A stretch of 63,977 nucleotides of DNA, the filler included, from Trichomonas gallinae (lineage: Eukaryota): the NCBI GenBank assembly GCA_008369845.1. It is 8 parts of 8 records of this genome, joined end to end, with 100 filler letters (N's around TTAATTAATTAA, not from the genome) between each part and the next. Parts side by side here need not be neighbours in the genome. Positions count along the whole stretch, not along the records: positions 8,783 to 26,766 come from MRSU01000425.1; positions 26,867 to 39,509 come from MRSU01000429.1; 6 more parts are not named here. One strand, written 5' to 3'. This document shows positions 23,787-36,026 of this stretch, piece after piece. A model generated the notes under the pieces. That model was not told the origin of the DNA. It saw only the letters and a list, made by a program, of their open reading frames with translations, and searched no databases. Every line of letters begins with the position of its first letter. The first letter of the stretch is position 1. Both the position numbers and the translations under genes were made by a program.

Positions 23787-26394
23787 ACAAAGGATGGTGC
23801 ACAAAACATCTTCAATCAAAAGAATAGAAAAATATATGAGAACAACAATGAATAATTTATGTTTGTAATATTTATATTGTCGAATTGAATTCCTTTTTTA
23901 CTAAAAAATGCTTCATTGTTATCATATGATGTTTATCTAAGAATTGAAGTTTTTTTATAAATTATAAAGGATAGAATCGTTCCTTTTTCAGATTTTAGCT
24001 CTAAATAATGATACAATATCGATAGATACTCGTAATTATAGAAGTTGTGAATGCATTCGTTAGGCATCAAATTGTGGATATGTATATTCTATTCATTCTT
24101 TGATATTGCGATTCTCCACGTTGAGGTAACACTGATATGGCGTTTATTTGACCTCAATATCATGATATTTTCTTGAATATTTTAATTTTGATTTTAATAA
24201 TGACAATCGTTTAGATTCATGCTAATTAACATATTTTTGAACGCATTTCATCCGAAACATGAAAGATTTTAACCTTATTCCAAAATATTTTGTAAAATTC
24301 ATATGGCAAAAGTTCATTGAGCCTTGGAAATGGATACAGGTAATGTGGGAAAGGCCATTAGTACCGTAAAAAAACCTAGAAAGGAGTGTACAGTTTTAAA
24401 TTCGAAATATTTCGAAGGGTTAGTGAGCTATTTCTTTAGAATCCAACTCCTTTATGATAGGTAATACAATATTTCTGTTATTTCGTTCAAATTGGATGAT
24501 GAAATAGTATTTCCTGATAATTTTTGCTTACATTCGCGACGAACTCCTCATCCATTCTACAATTTTACGTTTCTACGTCTTTCTACTCTGCCTATGGCTT
24601 TTAATGCCGAAATACTCGTTCATTGAAATATGTTATTCATAGTTAACCAGAACAGCCATTTTTCACTGCGTAATGTCATCATGGAAGTGGGATGGTGTTT
24701 TTACAGCGATAATTAGCTACTCTTGTCGATTATTATTTCCTGAAGAATTGATTTCGACTTCCATAGGGTAACAAACAACATTCATTTTGATATCACTATG
24801 TATCAAAGACCTATATGATGATATTCTGCTCTTGGAAGCCATTGAAGTGCTTAAGATGCAAAATTGCGCGAAAATCGATAGAAAGCAATAAATTTCCGAC
24901 CGATGTAACAACCTTGTATTATATCATGATTGTGTATGCAAGATTTTAGATGTTTTGATCATGAATAAAGCAATTGAATAATTAATTAACATTACCAAAA
25001 TAGCTTGTAAAAGGTAAAATATCGATGCTTTAAACAATATTTCTATTGTGTATGCTCGAATGTTGTCGATGTTTATGAAAATAAAATTTTGAAATTTTGA
25101 AAGCGATATAACTTATTTCACACTCTCTGTTCACTCTTTATTTTTCGTCAAACTATATTATTAATCTTTCCTCAATTGGATGAAATTTTAGGCTGGAAAA
25201 AAGATCGCAAAATGGCAATGCTGCTATGTAGAGCAGTGTATATATTCTTTTATTCCGTATTTGCTTGAGCATCTTGAATATTTTTGCCATACAAAATTTT
25301 TTCAACTCGATGAGTGAACAATTATTGCCTTCGAAGCTTATATCGCTACATCGGAGATCAATGAAGCAATGGCGCAGGTTTCAGTATCCTGTATCAATCA
25401 CACGCAGACTTCGAAATAAAAAAACCTATCTCATATCTCAATTTTTCACTTCAACCAGGGATTTTTGTGAGGAACAATATCGTCATTTCCGGTTATTTGC
25501 CGGGCCCAATGATTCTCTTTTTCCCGATTTACAGAATTCCAGACTTTTCATTGTAAATTATTAAATATGTAAGCAATTTTCTTGATGTTCCGTGATACTT
25601 ATCAATTGCTTCCACCTCTACACCAAATTCTTCTCGTTCATCTTTTTCTGCATCTAGTTGCGGGAATAGATGAGATTCATTCTCTTCAATATTCTTATTT
25701 TCATATTATAATATTGAACTTTTAAAGGAATTTACATGACTATAATATTTTATGGGTCAAATAATCACACAGCATTCAAAAGGTCGAGCTTTTTGATTAA
25801 TTTATGGATCGGGCGGAATTTTTTTGAATCAATTTCTAATAGATAAGTAGTTAAATATCTTCATTATTTATATACTTTGCATTCTTCTCATCATGTGTCG
25901 CGAAACATTGTCCTGTGTTCCGTACGAAAATCCGTCACGAAAAAATCAAACGAACGCGCAAAATAAAAAAATTACTGAAAACAAAGGTAGAGATGACTAT
26001 TTTACTCTTACATATTTGTTGTGGGTGTCAAACACGACCGGCTCTCAAAGCTTTCAATTGATTGAAAGGTCGTTAAATAATTTGTGAATGAATTCAAAAA
26101 AATTGAATGAGTATATCAAAAGTCAAGATTTGAAAGGTAAAGAAATATTTCGAATCTGAACAGAAAATAAAAATATTATTTATTGATATAATATTGTATA
26201 CGATAATGTATGCTACATTATTTACATGTTTTTAGAGAAAAAGAATGAAGCAATTAATTTGAATGCTGATTTAAAAAATAAAAATGATAAAAACTGTAGA
26301 TTATAGATCACTGCTATTCATAGTATAATATTTCAACATTAAATTGTAAAAATTGGATATAACTAGAGGAAAACACAAGAATCCAAATTTATGA

Positions 26395-26589
26395 CCAGCA
26401 TTATGTGAAATTTTTCAAAATCTTATTAATGAATGCGATGATAATGATGAAATAGATACAATTGGTTTCATCACTCAAAAGATAGTCACTACAATGCTCA
26501 GCTATCCGGATACTAACGAAGATATAAATAATTTGCTTCAATCCACTTATCTATCGCTTGTAAATAAGGTCGGTCAATTTGCAATGTAA
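26395..26589 (+). pseudogene. Possible orphan 3' gene fragment
   Basis: 65 codons without a start, PALCEIFQNLINECDDNDEIDTIGF...GQFAM*, protein-like composition in very AT-rich DNA. Confidence 0.3.
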
Positions 26590-26766
26590 GAATATGTAAT
26601 TATTTAACATTTATAAAAGAAGTTTTCGATAAATAAATTTGAATAAACATTTAATCCATTATTAACCTCTTGAAAATACACCAATGTACTTATATTAGTA
26701 AAATAAATAAATATATACTGTTATGATAAGTATAAACAGTTGAAGACTTATTATGAATTTGGAATC

Positions 26767-26866
26767 NNNNNNNNNNNNNNNNNNNNNNNNNNNNNNNNNN
26801 NNNNNNNNNNTTAATTAATTAANNNNNNNNNNNNNNNNNNNNNNNNNNNNNNNNNNNNNNNNNNNN
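26767..26866. other. Artificial contig spacer
   Basis: N44-TTAATTAATTAA-N44. Confidence 0.98.
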
Positions 26867-27637
26867 AATTTTTTTTTTTTTTTTTTTTTTTTTTGTCCGT
26901 TACCGTTGTTTTCAAATAGTATTGTTTTTGACGTGTAAAGCTATTTATTCTTTGTAATGTCAGGAATAATTTTAATGCAATGAGATGTAAATAATTGGCT
27001 GATCCGTGCTCTAAATCAGATTGATAATCACTGTATCATTACATACTGCATGACCTGCCTTTCAATGTAAATCATTTTGGTTAAATATGATCCAACTTCT
27101 ACTAAGGATGCGTGGAATCCCGAAATATTGCGATTATTTGTAAACTATTCTGCGATTTATCTTATCAACTGTTATTAATAAGTTACATTTAATTGCGATT
27201 GAATTCAATTTGCTGTTCGCTTTTGAATCAGGGAAAAATTACCCATATTTAGATGTAACCAAAGCTTATAGATGATTGTAATGATCAAACAATTATAAAT
27301 CTTCTATTCGAAAAAATATATTCTAATAGCATGCACTATGCAAATGAAAATTCATATGTTGACTAAAATTTTGCAAATCACTCTCGGATGAACAAGATAA
27401 TATGGAATTTAATATAAAAAAATAATATCTTAAGTTTCCAGTCCTCTTCAGTATATTATTAACTCTATTGGAGGCTAAAAGACTGATTCTAATCAGATAT
27501 TATCTGTTACATAATGATTATGAGAATTATTTTGTCAATTTTTTGTAAATAATGAATGAACTTTGCTATCTGATACCTAATATTTCTATATTTTATGTTA
27601 CTCATCCAAAATAAAATCAAAAATGACACTTTTTATA

Positions 27638-27850
27638 ATGGCAAGGAGTTCGAAGTTTTTGATGTGGTACGGTATAGCCGTGGCAATCTTCATTGTTATC
27701 ATCATCATTGCCATCATATCTGTCTATATCTACACAATGAGAACTTCTCCGCCAGCTAAGCCACGCGAGAAAAAGGTTGTCAAGAATAAGAAGGAGGAAG
27801 AACTTGAAGATATTGAAAGTGCATCCGATGGCCATAAGCATAGGGATTAA
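27638..27850 (+). CDS. Small single-pass membrane protein (~70 aa; alternative ATG at 27623)
   Basis: Hydrophobic stretch WYGIAVAIFIVIIIIAIISVYIY followed by a charged tail; coding-like GC content. Confidence 0.65.
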   Translation: MARSSKFLMWYGIAVAIFIVIIIIAIISVYIYTMRTSPPAKPREKKVVKNKKEEELEDIESASDGHKHRD

Positions 27851-28032
27851 TCAAGGATTTTTTTATCGATTCTCTCTTTAATCAAATTATACCTATATCT
27901 TTTTTGTTGCAAATTAATAAACTTAAGTAATTCTATTGTATAAAGCCTTTTGTTAAAAATAGTAATGATTCGCTAACATACATAAAATTTAAAACAAACA
28001 ACTACAAAAGTGGTAATTATTAAAAAACAAAC

Positions 28033-28623
28033 TTACCATGTCCACCCGCTTTTCTTCCTTTTTGTAAGAAGTGCTGGTGACCCATCTGCAGGGCTTAAGT
28101 AATTTGATTTATCTGATGTATCATCAAAATCAGCAAAATCGTCATTTGTGTCCCAAAAGGGAGGAAGAGGACTTGTAGGAATTGTCTGAGCCTTAACTAT
28201 TTTCGTTGGCTCTTCTTCTTCGGGCTCGTCGCTTTCCTGCTCAAGCCTCAGGAGTTCTTCGTAGGCGAGCTTTCCATTTGGATGGCTCTCTAGTAAGTCA
28301 TACTTAAGATCGTTGAGCCTTAATGATTCGACGTAAAGCTCTTGAACTTTTTGTTGAAGATGAACTGATTGAACAATTTCGGAGACTGTTGAGCCTTCTG
28401 GCACAAACTCGACGTTTAACGTTGCATTGTCATCGATGTATTGGTCTTCGAGTGTTTCGTTTGGGTTTAATAAAATTCCTTTGTAGATAAGGAATAACTC
28501 CCAGCCATCAGACACCGAAAAGCGTAATAACTGGATTAGATCAGCTCCTTTGGCATCCTTTCTCATTCTGACTGGTAATATCGTGCCCTGTGGCCATAAC
28601 ACGGTCAGACGGAGGAAATTCAT
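28033..28623 (-). CDS. Ubiquitin-like-domain protein with PLPxFW motif
   Basis: LFLIYKGILLNPNETLEDQYIDDNATLNV is a Ubl pattern; IPTSPLPPFW near the C-terminus. Confidence 0.8.
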   Translation of the reverse strand: MNFLRLTVLWPQGTILPVRMRKDAKGADLIQLLRFSVSDGWELFLIYKGILLNPNETLEDQYIDDNATLNVEFVPEGSTVSEIVQSVHLQQKVQELYVESLRLNDLKYDLLESHPNGKLAYEELLRLEQESDEPEEEEPTKIVKAQTIPTSPLPPFWDTNDDFADFDDTSDKSNYLSPADGSPALLTKRKKSGWTW

Positions 28624-30144
28624 ATATTTATTGTAATTTTAAATAACTCAGAGACGATATTAACAAAAATTACCCTTTTCTGAGAAATTTTACCCTTCAG
28701 GGTGTCAAGCCGAAATTTGATATACAATTTTATGCCTCTCAAAACTAACTTTTTATTTAAAAAATATTCCTTTACAAATGATTAGGAGATTAGTTACAAA
28801 TAAAAAAAATCTTTCTTTCAAAATTTTATTTTATGAATTATTAGCACAAATAAGATATAATGCGATATTAATGAAAAGTGACCAATCAAGAAAAGTGACA
28901 TTTTAAATTTTGTTTAGTTTCAGGTAGAATCGGAATTCAATAAGAATTTCCGTTCGGTTTATCTCTGTTATTCGTTCGTGGTGTCATTTATAACGGAATA
29001 ATAAAGCAATTTAGCGTTTTGGTTGTTGTTCGACTTAATTTTCATCTGTGTTGCTTGATATATTAATTATAGCGCAATATGCCATTTAAACGAAAACCTC
29101 ACCCTCTTATTACCTAGTTTGAACGAAAGTTATATTTGATTGAGTTATTATGATGGTAATAATAGTAATCTTCCTTAATGAATGTTAATATCTGCAAGAT
29201 CTCTTTGGTATTCTATTCTATTTATGAGTATCAATTGTTGACCGTGGAATAATATTGAATTAAGACAACAATTTAGAAACAAGACATGGAAATATGTCAT
29301 TATGGTCAGGTAATATGATGAATTAAATTGTGCATTTTTATAGATAGTAAGCAATATTATTAACCTATTTCTTATGATTTTCATTAGAAAATAAAGTCAA
29401 TAGAAGAATGGCTACATGCTGTAGTTTATTGAGAGTTCAATGAAAATAGCGGAAAACATATAAATATAATCACAAAAATATATTCATAATCGATTTTCCA
29501 ATGTGATGATAGACATTATATTGTTTATCAATTTCTTCAAAGATATGTGCCGTAAATCAGGCGTATGACGGTAGATATCTCAAGTTTGATGAAATTTTTC
29601 ATTTGAAAGAGTTTACAAATTATTTTTCGTTTATTTAATTATCAGATATAGTAGATTAGCAAATTTTAAAAAATGTTTTTCGAAATTTTTCAAAGCACAA
29701 AACAATTTAGAAAAATGTGTATATTTTTGATAGTTGTTTAATAATTTATTAATTTTCTTGAATTGAATTCAATATCGATTATTTTTCAGTCAAAAATTTA
29801 TTATAAAAATGCTATTAATTTAAATAATTATTGTATAAAAAACATTTTTATTCGATTTTTTACTTCTATAACCGATTTTATACATTCAAAAAATAATCAA
29901 TTTCGAAAACAAAATTAACGTTATTGGCATTAAAAACTATATTTAAGATGATATTTTTCGCTGACACGCCTGTAAACAATTTAAACTTATTGGTTAAAAA
30001 TGTGGATCAAATATATTATTAACTCTAATTCAGCAATTCAAAAATAACGAACAAAAAAATTACAAAAATTAATATTATGTATAATTCCCATTGCATTTTA
30101 AATATTTTGACTAAAAAAGCAAATGTTGTCAATTTTTTATAATA

Positions 30145-31254
30145 ATGGATCCAGCAACTCCATTATATCCGCAGAAACTTGGGCAATTTTATTTAGAAGA
30201 TGTTGTAGGTCAAGGTAATACGTGTATTGTAGTTAAAGCACGTGATGCAAACAATAGAAAATACGCTTGCAAAATTATATCAAAATTAAAATTCACATCG
30301 GTAACAAATATCAAGCATTTTCACGACGAACTTAAGATTATGCGAACACTTTCACATCCAAACATTGTTAATTTAGTTGATATTATTCAAGATTCGAACA
30401 ATCTTTACATTTTCGAAGAATTTTGCGAATTGGGCGACTTATCTCGCATGCTTGTGAGAGATAAGTCAATCCCAGATGATCGTATTGGACAAATATTTTC
30501 ACAAATCGTCAAAGGTTTAAATTTCATTCATGAACATCGAATTGCTCATCGCGACATCAAGCCAGAGAATATATTTATGTGCGAGAATGGCCTTGTTAAA
30601 ATCGCTGACTTTGGATACTCTGCATTAAATTCTGATTCAGATTTTCGAAGCACTGTTTGCGGAACATTAGTCTACATTGCTCCCGAAATACTCGAACAAA
30701 AGCCATACAATGCTCTAAAAGCCGATTCATGGAGTTGCGGAATATTATTATATGCAATGGCATCAGGTACATTCCCATGGGAAAAGAAATCACAAGCAGG
30801 AATGATGGAAGAAATCAGATTTAAACCGATAACAATACCTGAATCGGTTTCTCCAGAAATCAAAGATTTAATTTCTCATTTATTAGATAGAAATGTTGAA
30901 ACACGCTTCACTATGGCGCAAACACTGCAGTCGGAATTCATTAAAAAGTATTTAAATGTCGAATCTCCATCGCCACCCACGGGTAACATGAGTCACCAGC
31001 TCAAAAACCAGTTTTCGAAGAGTGCTTTGAACTTCAGTCAAATAAAGGAAGAAAGCATTGTTAATATGCTAAACATGGCTAATCGCAAGCCACCAAAGAT
31101 TTTATCAAAGAAGCCGAAGATTCTCACACCAATCATTGAATCTAACTCGACAATGAAGCTGACGGCTATGGTTAATACTAACAAAATCAAATGTCGATCA
31201 ACAAAGCAAAATACTTTTGGGTATAATACTGTTACTGGTAACTTTGAGTTATAA
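30145..31254 (+). CDS. CAMK-group Ser/Thr protein kinase
   Basis: ACK, HRDIKPEN, DFG, CGTLVYIAPE, DSWSCG; atypical glycine loop GQGNTC. Confidence 0.93.
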   Translation: MDPATPLYPQKLGQFYLEDVVGQGNTCIVVKARDANNRKYACKIISKLKFTSVTNIKHFHDELKIMRTLSHPNIVNLVDIIQDSNNLYIFEEFCELGDLSRMLVRDKSIPDDRIGQIFSQIVKGLNFIHEHRIAHRDIKPENIFMCENGLVKIADFGYSALNSDSDFRSTVCGTLVYIAPEILEQKPYNALKADSWSCGILLYAMASGTFPWEKKSQAGMMEEIRFKPITIPESVSPEIKDLISHLLDRNVETRFTMAQTLQSEFIKKYLNVESPSPPTGNMSHQLKNQFSKSALNFSQIKEESIVNMLNMANRKPPKILSKKPKILTPIIESNSTMKLTAMVNTNKIKCRSTKQNTFGYNTVTGNFEL

Positions 31255-31487
31255 TGTTTGTTTATGTGTATATATATATATATATAATTATCATGATTGT
31301 CTTTAAAACTTGTATTTTATGTCGGTTTTATTAATTTTTAGATTTTTAAATATCATTATGTGGAAATGCAAGTTCTCTATGCGTCTATTATAAATATGAA
31401 TCCGACAAATCGAAAGGCAGAAAATATATTTCTGATGATTTATAATAACAACAATAATATGAAAAAAAAAAATATAGGATATATCTA

Positions 31488-32645
31488 TCATACGTCTGGG
31501 CTATCTCTAGAGCTTAATACTTCAACGAGAAAATCATATGCGCAAATATTTGAAGGAATTTGAGCGATTGCATACCAAACTAGGAATGCCAATATTACAG
31601 GATAAGCAACAGAAAACATAATTTTTCCTTGGTAATTCCCAAAAATGTTATCGAATCCAGCAACATAAGAAAAAACAGCGCAAGGAATGAAATAACGAGA
31701 AGTATCAAGATGACGTAGAAAAGACACATATAAATAAAAGAAAGTAGAGAAAAATCCAACAGGTGAAGCTATTGGTATCAAACTGAGAGATCCTAAGAGT
31801 CCAAGTAAATATTGTGTTGCTATATGCATGGTAATCAACTGATTGCCGTAAAAAGAAGTAAAGAATAAATCGAAAAATAATTTTCCCGAGAAAATTCCCT
31901 GATTTCCGCTATTGAAGTGTATATACGCCATAGAATCATTAAACTGAATCTTGTGCATCCAAACAAGGAATAAATCTGGAAGAAAAGTTGAAAACATTAA
32001 CATTGCGCTTGGAATTTCAAATCTTATTAAATAGCACAATCCAATAATAAATCCTACAGACATTCCTTCTATTCTAGTGAAACATCCACACCAAACAAAC
32101 AGAATCATTAAAGATTTATTATTGAATTTATAATTAATTAATGCTAGACATATAAATGAAACAAATAGAGGTTCACTTGCGAGAACTGAATGATAAATAA
32201 GAAATCTAATTGGAATTAAAGATAAAACAAAAGTAGAGAATTCTGGATAACGAACACATTTGTATGCAATCATGAGTCTCCTGTATGAATAAGCTGTGAT
32301 GAAATTTGATACGATAATACTAAGAAACGCTCCAATTTTATAATTTCCCATGCAAAAGAAAGAGCAAATGCGAATTAACATTGGATATCCTGGTAGATGG
32401 CAAGCAAAATAAGATGAATCGTAGTTGAAATATCTTTTCCAAATATAATCATCTGGAATTCTGTACATTGTTATAGCTGCATATATATAATTTGGACCAT
32501 CCCAATATTGAAGGATTGTATTTATCGATGATTTGTATGCTGTTACGCTCCAAATTATCAAAGTTGGTAATAAAAATGCAGAAAAGCATATGAAATCATA
32601 CTTGTTGATATTCCAAAAACCTTTTGGTTGCTTAACGGGCAGCAT
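31488..32645 (-). CDS. Polytopic membrane GT-C fold glycosyltransferase (PIG-V/mannosyltransferase-like)
   Basis: Many hydrophobic segments; YWDGPNY after the first TM, HLPGYPMLIR, SEPLF and TRIEG parallel PIG-V/GT-C motifs (WD, FPxYP, SExLF, RxxG); first in-frame ATG at 32645. Confidence 0.7.
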   Translation of the reverse strand: MLPVKQPKGFWNINKYDFICFSAFLLPTLIIWSVTAYKSSINTILQYWDGPNYIYAAITMYRIPDDYIWKRYFNYDSSYFACHLPGYPMLIRICSFFCMGNYKIGAFLSIIVSNFITAYSYRRLMIAYKCVRYPEFSTFVLSLIPIRFLIYHSVLASEPLFVSFICLALINYKFNNKSLMILFVWCGCFTRIEGMSVGFIIGLCYLIRFEIPSAMLMFSTFLPDLFLVWMHKIQFNDSMAYIHFNSGNQGIFSGKLFFDLFFTSFYGNQLITMHIATQYLLGLLGSLSLIPIASPVGFFSTFFYLYVSFLRHLDTSRYFIPCAVFSYVAGFDNIFGNYQGKIMFSVAYPVILAFLVWYAIAQIPSNICAYDFLVEVLSSRDSPDV

Positions 32646-33942
32646 TCCATCGTATATTAATCGAAAACAGCGAAGAATGTTTTTGAGTTCCAAAACTTTT
32701 TGACATGTAAAATTAAAAAATTTGTCATTGTAAATTTGAAAAAGTCAAATTAATTTCTCATTGATTTCTAAACTGGGTGCCCTAAGGTGGCCTTTATTGA
32801 GAGGAATTGAGAAAAAAAATTAAAAAAAAAACCTTCAAATATAGGGATCACCTTAGTGAAACTTCTTGTCCAAATTTTTTCTCATAAAAGGAGTTTATTT
32901 AGAACAATAAAACAAATACAGTATATATTGATATAATATGTAGTTTGGAATAGGCATATTACTACCTGCATATCTCCTCTGTTTGAGGAAGATCTGGTCT
33001 GATTACAAAAATTTAGGCGAGATATTATTGCAATCACAACACATCAATCTCAGCCTAGCTATAAAACTGGTTTTGAAGGGTAAAGATGGTTAATTAATCA
33101 AATGATGCAAACATTTGTGTATTCAGGTCTCATTCTATTCTAGAGCAAGGAGATTGCGTATTTCCTGACAGCAATCAACATTATTATAAAAAATTCAAAA
33201 ATCTTTAAAAATTTTGATCTAATGAAGCTGAATAGTAGTCATGTATTCACAAATACCTTAGTATTTGGTATGATGAAGTTGCAATGATGCTTGCATGATA
33301 AGAAATTCTAGCGAATTGTGTGGATCATTTTTTGAGTAGGTTTCGGTATGTAAAAGTTTGTCGCTATGCTTGGTGTATTAATTTATTGGTATTGAAGATC
33401 TGGAGACTTGTGGAATTTAATTTTTTTGTTTTATATTGAGAAATATTTTTTAAATTCGAAGAATTGTTAGGGTAACTCGCTTATTTAAATATGCTGAGCT
33501 TTTGTGAGCATTTGTAGTCTAACTTGGAAATTATTATGCTTATTTCGAATAATGATTTACATTATTCTGTTACGGAGTGTTGTTTGTTATTAAAAATAAG
33601 TAGTTTTCACTCAGTCTGAACGGATGATTTAATGACTCCTGTTGGATCAGTAGCTTGCTTTCAGTGGACAACTTAATGAAACCAATTTATAATAAATGGT
33701 TGCAATATTGACCAGAAATTGGATGTTTATATAGAGATTTATAACATAATTTAGCATCATATATATTGGATAAGTCATATTCATTTAATAAAATGCAATG
33801 TAATGATATTTATTTAAAAATTTGATGGTTGATATTTATATTCGGTTGTAATAAATAGAATTTTATGATTAAATTATGTTGTTATCATAGGAAAATCATG
33901 ATTTGATTTGATTTTTATTTAAAAAATCTGTCACTTTTTATT

Positions 33943-35598
33943 ATGGACAAGGAAAAAAATCGGAATATTATCCATAATGACACAAATTATATCGTGAATA
34001 TTAATAGGCTTCGAGAGTTATCTGATGTCACTAGCAAGATTATTGACTCGCGTGACACGGATCCCATTAAATTTTCTGATTCTCTCGATGAACAATCTTT
34101 TTCGACATTTGTACAATACATAAATGAGATCAATTTCAGAATAAACAGCAATAATGCACTAAATTTACTCAAAGCATCGATGTTATATAACTGCAAAAAT
34201 CCGTTTAATCAAGTTCAACAATTTTTATCCTCGACAAAATACACTGATTACGCCATTCAAGCATTAGAATTATCATACAAGTATCAGAAAGTACTCGAAA
34301 TCCTAGAAAAATATATAGCAAACAATTTTAATCATTATATTCACAGACCTCAGTTTCCAAACTTGCCATGTCACATAATATACAGATTAATAACATGGTA
34401 CATTCCTGATTTCGAAATTACAAACGATATCCTCGAATTATATTTTAAAATTTTGGAGATTAAAGGCACACAAGCCACACCATTATTCCTAACTATCGAT
34501 TACTCGAAGCTTTCACCATTGACAATTACGAGAATCATCGGAATGAGCCAATTAGATTTTGATTCTATTGGCCCTCTTATTATGAAATACGTAGAAAAGA
34601 CACAACAAGACCGTCAGGCCATGGAAGACTTGTTGAGCCAAAAACGCAACCAAGTTTCCGTTCTTAAATCAGAATTTGATCGAGTAAATACAGTTTACGA
34701 ATCAACAGTACAGCGCCAGCGCTTATTAACAAGCAAACTAGCAGATTTAGAGTCCAAGCGCGATGCCCTTATATCAGAACTTAAAGCTCAAACTGAAAGA
34801 GCTGCGCAATTAGAAGAACAAATCACACAAAGAAGAAACGAAACAGTGCAAATCAACAAGCAGAGGGATGATATAAATTCGCAGAAACTCGCCGTCCAAA
34901 AAGAAACAGATGAAGTCCAGAATGACATCGCAATCTTAAAACAGCAGATAGCAGACAGAGAAATGCAGCAAAAAGCCGCGCTCGCTGCCAGAGAATTTGC
35001 ACGTCGTGATGAAGAGATGCGCAAAGTCGCAGAGCGCCAGCGCCAAGAAGAGATGAGGAAACAAGAAGAAATGGAAAAGCAGAAAATCATAGAAAACTCT
35101 TCACAAGTCGAACAAAAATCTCAGTCACAGACAGAAAAAGTGAGCGATAATAACTACGTGGAGCCATCGCTGACACTAATAGAGTTCGATGCTGAATCTT
35201 TCAAGCGTGCCTTCCTTGAGAAAGACATAAAGCCGCAGATATGTACACCGCCGTCAGCTGAGTACTGCCTCAAAGCGTCCGGTTTCGGTCGTGCATGCGA
35301 ACTCGAGTATATGTGGACGTGCGTGCAAAACATGGACGCTGTCTACAGGAGTGGATATGGTGCACTGCTCCTCACTAATGATCCGCAATCGCTGGACCTC
35401 GCTGCTACTTTAATATGCCAGGCAGCGGAAAAGGATGAACCCTACGCATTATATAATTTAGGCGCTTTAATTGTTTCTGGCTTAGTTGACGGAGAAAAAG
35501 AAGAGGCTGCTGATTATATATGCAGGGCAGCTATGAAAGGCGAACCTGATGCGCAGCTTATCGTCAAAGAACTCGTTCATTGGAATGCTTTGAAATAA
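33943..35598 (+). CDS. BTB/BACK-like N-terminus, long coiled coil, C-terminal Sel1-like repeats
   Basis: INSNNALNLLKAS...YIANNF...LPCHII pattern, E/Q/K/R heptad region, AAEKDEPYALYNLG and AAMKGEPDAQ Sel1 motifs. Confidence 0.75.
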   Translation: MDKEKNRNIIHNDTNYIVNINRLRELSDVTSKIIDSRDTDPIKFSDSLDEQSFSTFVQYINEINFRINSNNALNLLKASMLYNCKNPFNQVQQFLSSTKYTDYAIQALELSYKYQKVLEILEKYIANNFNHYIHRPQFPNLPCHIIYRLITWYIPDFEITNDILELYFKILEIKGTQATPLFLTIDYSKLSPLTITRIIGMSQLDFDSIGPLIMKYVEKTQQDRQAMEDLLSQKRNQVSVLKSEFDRVNTVYESTVQRQRLLTSKLADLESKRDALISELKAQTERAAQLEEQITQRRNETVQINKQRDDINSQKLAVQKETDEVQNDIAILKQQIADREMQQKAALAAREFARRDEEMRKVAERQRQEEMRKQEEMEKQKIIENSSQVEQKSQSQTEKVSDNNYVEPSLTLIEFDAESFKRAFLEKDIKPQICTPPSAEYCLKASGFGRACELEYMWTCVQNMDAVYRSGYGALLLTNDPQSLDLAATLICQAAEKDEPYALYNLGALIVSGLVDGEKEEAADYICRAAMKGEPDAQLIVKELVHWNALK

Positions 35599-36026
35599 TA
35601 ATATTTTTTATGTGTGTGTTTTATATAGATTTATTGTTAAATGTTTTATTCTTGTACCTGATTCTTGTTTAAATGTTTATTATTTTCATGAACAATCAAA
35701 ATTTAATATTGAAATTAATTTTCATCAAAAAATCAAACAAATGAAACAAAAATTTAATATATCAATCAACTATATTTTTCATTTTCAAAATTCCCATCTA
35801 ATGAAATAATGATAATAAAATTATTTTATATATCTTTATAATCTTTTATATGGATGAAATATGTTGTAGGGATTTCAAAATTATTTAATGTTTATGTGAT
35901 AAAATATTGGAATTATCTGTAATATCATGAGAGAAAGAAAATGAAATATATTTGACATGTAAAGTATTTTACATGACAGATATAAAATTACGTGTCAATT
36001 ATTTTAATTAACGTATATATTGGTGT

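Noticed and set aside
32960..33420. Apparent single-frame membrane-protein relic
   Set aside because: Stop density is near that expected for random AT-rich DNA and no family motif is recognisable
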